Shown here: positions 15,338-24,000 of the stretch, piece by piece
How the letters are laid out: each line of letters starts with the position of its first letter
Numbering within the stretch: the stretch's first letter is position 1
Assembly: GCA_028282245.1 (NCBI GenBank)
Contig: JANQIL010000030.1
Location: 8,538 to 32,537 of the forward strand
Length of the DNA: 24,000 bases
Direction of reading: 5' to 3'
Origin: Magnetospira sp.
GTDB taxonomy: Bacteria > Pseudomonadota > Alphaproteobacteria > Rhodospirillales > Magnetospiraceae
Notes under the pieces: model-generated
Seen by the model: the letters and a program-made list of their open reading frames with translations, nothing else
What the model was told of the DNA's origin: nothing
Databases searched by the model: none
Program-made: the position numbers and the translations under genes

Positions 15338-15903
15338 TCACAGGGCCGCCACCTCCACCGCGTAGCGCAGCGGGCCTCCCGGCACCAGGGCACCGAATGG
15401 CCAGCAGGTGAGCAGGACGGCGCGCGGCCGGTCGGAGTCCGGCCGCACATAGGCATGGTCCCGATGCAGGACCCGGCCCGGTCCGGCCGCATAACGGGTC
15501 GTGCGCCCCGAGAGATCGGTCAGGCGCACCTCGTCGCCCGGCACCAAATCGCGTAGAAACGCCATGTGGGTGTCCCGATGGCCGGCGATCACCGCGACGC
15601 CCCGGCGGTTGGGGGCGGCGCTGCCGTCCTGGTGGCCCGGCCCCCAGGCGATGCTGCGCCCGCCGGTCCCCGACAGCACGATCAGGTCGACCTCCAGACG
15701 CGGGACCTCCAGACGCGCCACGGGTCGGGTGTCGGCCCATGGCCAAGGCGGCGGGGCCGCCCCGGTGTCCCGCGCCTCGGTCCAGGCGTCCCGGATCAGA
15801 TGTTGGCCGAGTCGCGCCTTGGCGAGGATCCACAGGCCGCCGCCGAGCTGCCACAGCCCGAACCCCAGCAGCAGGATCGCCGCCATCCGGACGAGACGCC
15901 GGT

Positions 15904-15907
<4 letters not shown>
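15338..15907 (-). CDS. Class GN (proteobacterial, subfamily-6-type) sortase, 189 aa
   Basis: N-terminal anchor RMAAILLLGFGLWQLGGGLWIL, catalytic His context VAVIAGHRDTHMAFL, catalytic Cys in VLLTCWPF (TLxTC-like), and a distal Arg (PLRYAVEV). The GTG start overlaps the stop of the upstream VIT-VWA gene (GTGA at 15904-15907). Confidence 0.85.
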
Positions 15908-20748
<4,841 letters not shown>

Positions 20749-20752
<4 letters not shown>

Positions 20753-22041
20753 GGCGCGGCGATCAGCATGCGGCGCAGGCGGACCGTCATCGCGATGACC
20801 GCCAGATTGGCCAGCGCAAGGCCGAGGAACAGCCCAGCGACCGTCATTCCCTGGGCGAACAGCGCCCCGGCGACCACCGCCGAGACGACCATGAACAGCG
20901 CGTTCAGGATGTTGTTGGCGGCCACCGTGCGGGCCCGATGGCGGGTCTCTGTGCGGGTCTGCATCACCGCGTAGAGAGGCACGATGTACAGGCCCCCGGC
21001 CAGCGACAGGCCGGCGAGATCGACCAGGATGCGCCAGTTGCGCGGCTCGGCGACGAAGCCCGCCGCGCCGATCAGATCGCCGGGCGGCGCCACCGCCGGG
21101 GTGGCGAAATACAGGTCGCCGGCGAACAGACTGATCAGAACGGCGGCCAGCGGCACATGGGTCACCCGCACCCGGCCGCCAAGCAGCCGGTTGCAGAGCA
21201 GCGAACCGACCCCGATACCAACCGAGAACAGGGTGAGGAACAGGGTCACCACGCTCTCGTCGGCGTTGAGGTGATCCTTCGCGTAATTGGGAAACTGCAC
21301 CAGGAAGGTGGCGCCGAGCAGCCAGAACCAGGAAATTCCCAGCACCGCCAGGGCAACCGGCGGCTCGGTCATGAGGGCGCGCAGGACGCGCCATGTGGCG
21401 GCGGCGAGGTTCCAGGATATCCGCAAACCCGGCTCGGCGGCCGGGGCCGGCGGCACGGCGCGGCCGGTCAGCCAGCCGAGCACCGCCAGACCGACGATCA
21501 GGCTCGACACCAGGGGGATTCCGCCGGGCGCCAGGATCAGCAGCGCCCCGGCCATGGTTCCGGTCAGGATGGCGAGGAAGGTCCCCATCTCGATCAGCCC
21601 GTTGCCGGCGATCAATTCGTCGGGCGCTAGGTGATCGGGCAGGATGCCGTACTTCAGCGGACCGAAGAACGCCGACTGGGCGCCCATCAGGAACAGCACG
21701 CCGAGCAACAGCCAGGCGTCGCCGATCCAGAGTGCCACGGCGCCGAGACTCATGACGCCGATTTCCGCCGCCTTCACCAGGCGGATCAGGCGCGCCTTGT
21801 CGTATCGGTCGGCCAGATGCCCGGCGGTGGCCGAGAACAGAAAAAACGGCAGGATGAACACCCCGCCGGCCAGGGTGACCAGCAGCCGCCCGTCGAGCCC
21901 CTGCGCCTCGGCCAACCGGTAGGCGACCAGGATCGCCAGCGCGTTCTTGAAAAGATTGTCGTTGAAGGCGCCCAGGAACTGGGTCGCGAACAGCGGCAGG
22001 AAGCGGCGCCGACCGAGCAGCGGAAGGAGGCGATGCGTCAT
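20749..22041 (-). CDS. MFS transporter, LplT-like (lysophospholipid transporter family), 430 aa
   Basis: MTHRLLPLLGRRRFLPLFATQFLGAFNDNLFKNALAILVAY...AGHLADRYDKARLIRLVK...AFFGPLKYGILPDHLAPDELIAGNGLIEMGTFLAILTGTMAG parallels E. coli LplT as I recall it (QFLSAFGDN..., SPAKYGILGEL...L.KANGLMEA.T..AILLG...). Confidence 0.85.
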
Positions 22042-22092
22042 CGCCGCATCCTTTCCGAAGCCGGCCCCGGCCTCAAGCGAAAACGGCGCGAC

Positions 22093-22110
22093 GCCACCGC
22101 GCGCGGTGGC
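22093..22110. repeat. Perfect 18-bp GC-rich palindrome in the MFS 5' region
   Basis: GCCACCGCGCGCGGTGGC at 22093-22110 lies 52-69 nt upstream of the MFS ATG (22041). It could be a leader hairpin (7-bp stem, CGCG loop) or an operator. Confidence 0.3.
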
Positions 22111-22147
22111 CGAACATGCGGGGCATTTTATCGAAATTCACCGACAT

Positions 22148-22163
22148 TGTGACAGGGGTCACA
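22148..22163. promoter_or_regulatory. Perfect CRP-type palindrome TGTGA-N6-TCACA
   Basis: tgtgacaggggtcaca at 22148-22163 matches both consensus half-sites of the CRP-family box exactly. On the minus strand its GTCACA half lies 17 nt upstream of a TAAAAT -10 candidate (22130-22125). It therefore overlaps the -35 position of a likely MFS promoter. Confidence 0.4.
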
Positions 22164-22344
22164 GCGACCGGCGGCGGTTCGGGGCAAGATCGATCCGTTC
22201 GATGGCGACCCCCATCGGCCCGGCAATGGAGTCGACGCAATGATCAAGATTGGAGACCCGATGCCCTGGATCCGAGTCGCGGTCGGCATGGCCATGGGGG
22301 TAACCCTCGGCCTCGCCCTGATGGCCATGGTCGCCGCCGGATAG

Positions 22345-22388
22345 CGCCCCGTCCCCGCCGAAAAGAAAAACCCGAACCCCGGCGGGGA
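22345..22388 (-). terminator. Possible intrinsic terminator after the endopeptidase gene
   Basis: Immediately after the TGA (22391-22389) the minus strand reads TCCCCGCCGGGGTTCGGGTTTTTCTTTTCGGCGGGGAC. Short GC stems (CCCC/GGGG or CCCG/CGGG) precede a T5CT4 tract. Alternatively, an 8-bp stem CCCCGCCG/CGGCGGGG encloses the T tract. The stems are short, so confidence is low. Confidence 0.35.
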
Positions 22389-22832
22389 TCAGCCAACCTC
22401 CTCGATGCATCGCGCGCATTTTCCGACCGCCCGCGCCACCTCGGGCGACAGGCCGTCTCCGTATCCGAAATCGGCGGCCTCGATCCCGTAGACCGTCAAG
22501 CGGTTTGGCAAGCGGCCAAGATGGCGCGCCGTTTCCACCGCCTCGACCAGACCGAGAACGTGGCTGGTGTGCGGAAAGCCGTCGCGCGGCAGCGATTCGC
22601 CCAGCGCGTCGAAGCGACGCACCGTGCCGGGCGCCGCGCCGCTGCGCATGGCGTCGATCAGCACCACGTCGTCGACATCCCGCCACAGGGCGATGAGGGC
22701 GATGGCGTCCCCGGCATGCTCGATGGCATCGTGACCGCGCGCCGCGAGCCTGGCGGCCACCGCCGGCCCGGCTCCGTCGTCGCGCCGCATCGAATTGCCG
22801 ATCCCGACAATCAGGCGCCGGCCCTCGGTCAT
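22389..22832 (-). CDS. Hydrogenase-maturation-type endopeptidase (HycI/HyaD, peptidase A31 family), 147 aa
   Basis: The track ORF was trimmed to ATG 22832-22830, which overlaps the CYTH-CHAD stop (ATGA). MTEGRRLIVGIGNSMRRDDGAGPAVAARL closely parallels HycI (VGNSMMGDDGAGP). Candidate metal ligands are conserved: D in RDDG, D in LIDAM, and H in TSHVLG. Confidence 0.85.
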   Translation of the reverse strand: MTEGRRLIVGIGNSMRRDDGAGPAVAARLAARGHDAIEHAGDAIALIALWRDVDDVVLIDAMRSGAAPGTVRRFDALGESLPRDGFPHTSHVLGLVEAVETARHLGRLPNRLTVYGIEAADFGYGDGLSPEVARAVGKCARCIEEVG

Positions 22833-24000
22833 CGCCGGGCGCCGCCGCTCTCCGGCCAGAACGGGGCGGTCCTGGCGAACGCCTTCCAGGCGGCCACCAT
22901 TTCGGCGTCGCGAGCCCGCAGCAGGTGCTCGTGCCAACCGACCACCGTGCCGGCCGCCCGCTCCAGTTCGCGTGCCTCGCCGTCGCCCGCCTCGCGCACC
23001 AGATCGGCCAGGAGATGGCGCATTACCGCGACATCGTTCATCCGGCCCAGGTCGTCCTGCATGGTCTTCAGCGCCGCCGCGTAGGGTCCGACCTTGCGTT
23101 CCGGATAGAGCGACGACAGGAACTCGCTGGCGTAACGCAGCTTCTTGAGGGAGATCCGCACCTCGTGGCGTTCCTCCTCGCTCAGGGACTCGAACCCCTT
23201 GCCGGTCCGCCGGGCCGCCCGATAGCGCTTGCGCAGCAGCGACGGCGCCAGATCGGCGACCGGCGAGAACAGGCGGGCGGCGTTCTCGTTGAGCGGCTGA
23301 TCGCGCCAGCCGCGCGACTCCACCCAGTGGCCCAGATCAAGGAACAGCGCCGCGTAGCGCTTCGAGGCGATGGCGGCGCGCGCCGGTTCGTAGGCCCGAT
23401 CCCGAATCCCGCGCGCCTTCCGCCCGAGCGTGTCGAGCGCGACGGCATCCTCCCCGGCGACGGCCGCCGCGACCGGCGGCAGGGTTTCGTCCAGGAACAC
23501 GTCCCAATCCCGAGCCGGCCCCATCTCGTTGATGAGCCACCTTAACTCGCCGTTCAGGTGCGCCACCTGGGCGGCCGGCAGCAGCTTTCGGAACAGCGCC
23601 AGGGCGGAGCGCAGGCGGCGGGTGGCAACCCGCATTTGGTGTATCCCCTCGATGTGCGACCCTTGGGTCGCGCAGGGTTCATTGGCCATCAGATGATCGA
23701 TGCAGGCATGGATGATTCGGGTCAGCGCCTGTTCGGCGGTCATTGCCGGATCGAGGCGCGGCACCGCCGCCTTCGACCACGGCGCCCCGCCGCCGGCCAG
23801 CAGGGCGTAGCCGCGTCCCGCCTTGGACAGCGCCGAGGGGCGCAGCGTCACGTGATCCAAAAGTTTGCGGGCCAACTCGAACACCCGCGCCGGATCGCCG
23901 CTGGTCAATTCCAACTCGACCTCGGCCACCGCGTCCTCGCGGTCGCCGGATATCACGCGCCCGAGATCCAGGTCGAGGGTGATGGCGGTCCCGTCGTCGA
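22829..24000 (-). CDS. CYTH-CHAD domain protein (YgiF-like inorganic triphosphatase / polyphosphate-associated); the N-terminus lies beyond the window end
   Basis: The frame is open to base 24000: ...DDGTAITLDLDLGRVISGDREDAVAEVELELTSGDPARVFELARKL is the last part of a CYTH tunnel domain (ExExEL strand). A helical CHAD domain follows, with HQMRVATRRLRSALALFRKLL, RDWDVFL and HEVRISLKKLRYASEFL. Confidence 0.9.
   Translation of the reverse strand, partial: DDGTAITLDLDLGRVISGDREDAVAEVELELTSGDPARVFELARKLLDHVTLRPSALSKAGRGYALLAGGGAPWSKAAVPRLDPAMTAEQALTRIIHACIDHLMANEPCATQGSHIEGIHQMRVATRRLRSALALFRKLLPAAQVAHLNGELRWLINEMGPARDWDVFLDETLPPVAAAVAGEDAVALDTLGRKARGIRDRAYEPARAAIASKRYAALFLDLGHWVESRGWRDQPLNENAARLFSPVADLAPSLLRKRYRAARRTGKGFESLSEEERHEVRISLKKLRYASEFLSSLYPERKVGPYAAALKTMQDDLGRMNDVAVMRHLLADLVREAGDGEARELERAAGTVVGWHEHLLRARDAEMVAAWKAFARTAPFWPESGGARR

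Noticed and set aside
22116-23084. ORFs 22116..23084 + (322 aa), 22159..22686 - (175 aa) and 22128..22328 - (66 aa)
   Set aside because: Their composition is not protein-like. They overlap the well-supported endopeptidase gene or the regulatory intergenic region, and no Shine-Dalgarno sequence or motif supports them.

Overview
High-GC chromosomal segment, probably from an alphaproteobacterium; this is inferred from GC content, a System I ccm cluster and an AatA-type aminotransferase. All family calls are from reading the translations, with no database search. Almost every credible gene is on the minus strand. Many long Arg/Pro/Gly-rich ORFs in the track are GC-driven shadow frames and were discarded.

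Layout:
- 1-4650: an accessory-looking block of lower GC. Hand counts of 60-nt lines give about 60%, falling to about 45% at 965-1582, against about 68% in ccmF. It carries a tightly coupled seven-gene PspA/IM30-family envelope operon: YjfI-like, PspA-like, DUF4178, 4x DUF350, an unplaceable two-TM protein, a glycine-rich small membrane protein, and a membrane-fused spermidine-synthase-like enzyme that runs off the window. An IS5-family transposase remnant sits next to its promoter.
- 4648-7370: GGDEF diguanylate cyclase, inorganic pyrophosphatase, and an exported protein of unknown function.
- 7449-14519: a complete contiguous ccmABCDEFGHI cytochrome c maturation cluster.
- 14585-18099: a YkgJ-type cysteine-cluster protein, then a Gram-negative (class GN) sortase translationally coupled to its VIT-VWA target, whose sorting motif is not canonical.
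- 18100-22388: motif-rich intergenic DNA with a possible 87-aa ORF, an aspartate aminotransferase, an LplT-like MFS gene overlapping an EamA/DMT gene, and an intergenic region with a perfect CRP-type palindrome.
- 22389-24000: a hydrogenase-maturation-type endopeptidase translationally coupled to a CYTH-CHAD protein that is partial at the window end.

No rRNA, tRNA or CRISPR array was seen. The best candidate for an under-described system is the PspA-polyamine operon with its two unplaceable membrane genes. The sortase dyad and the CYTH-CHAD/protease pair come next.
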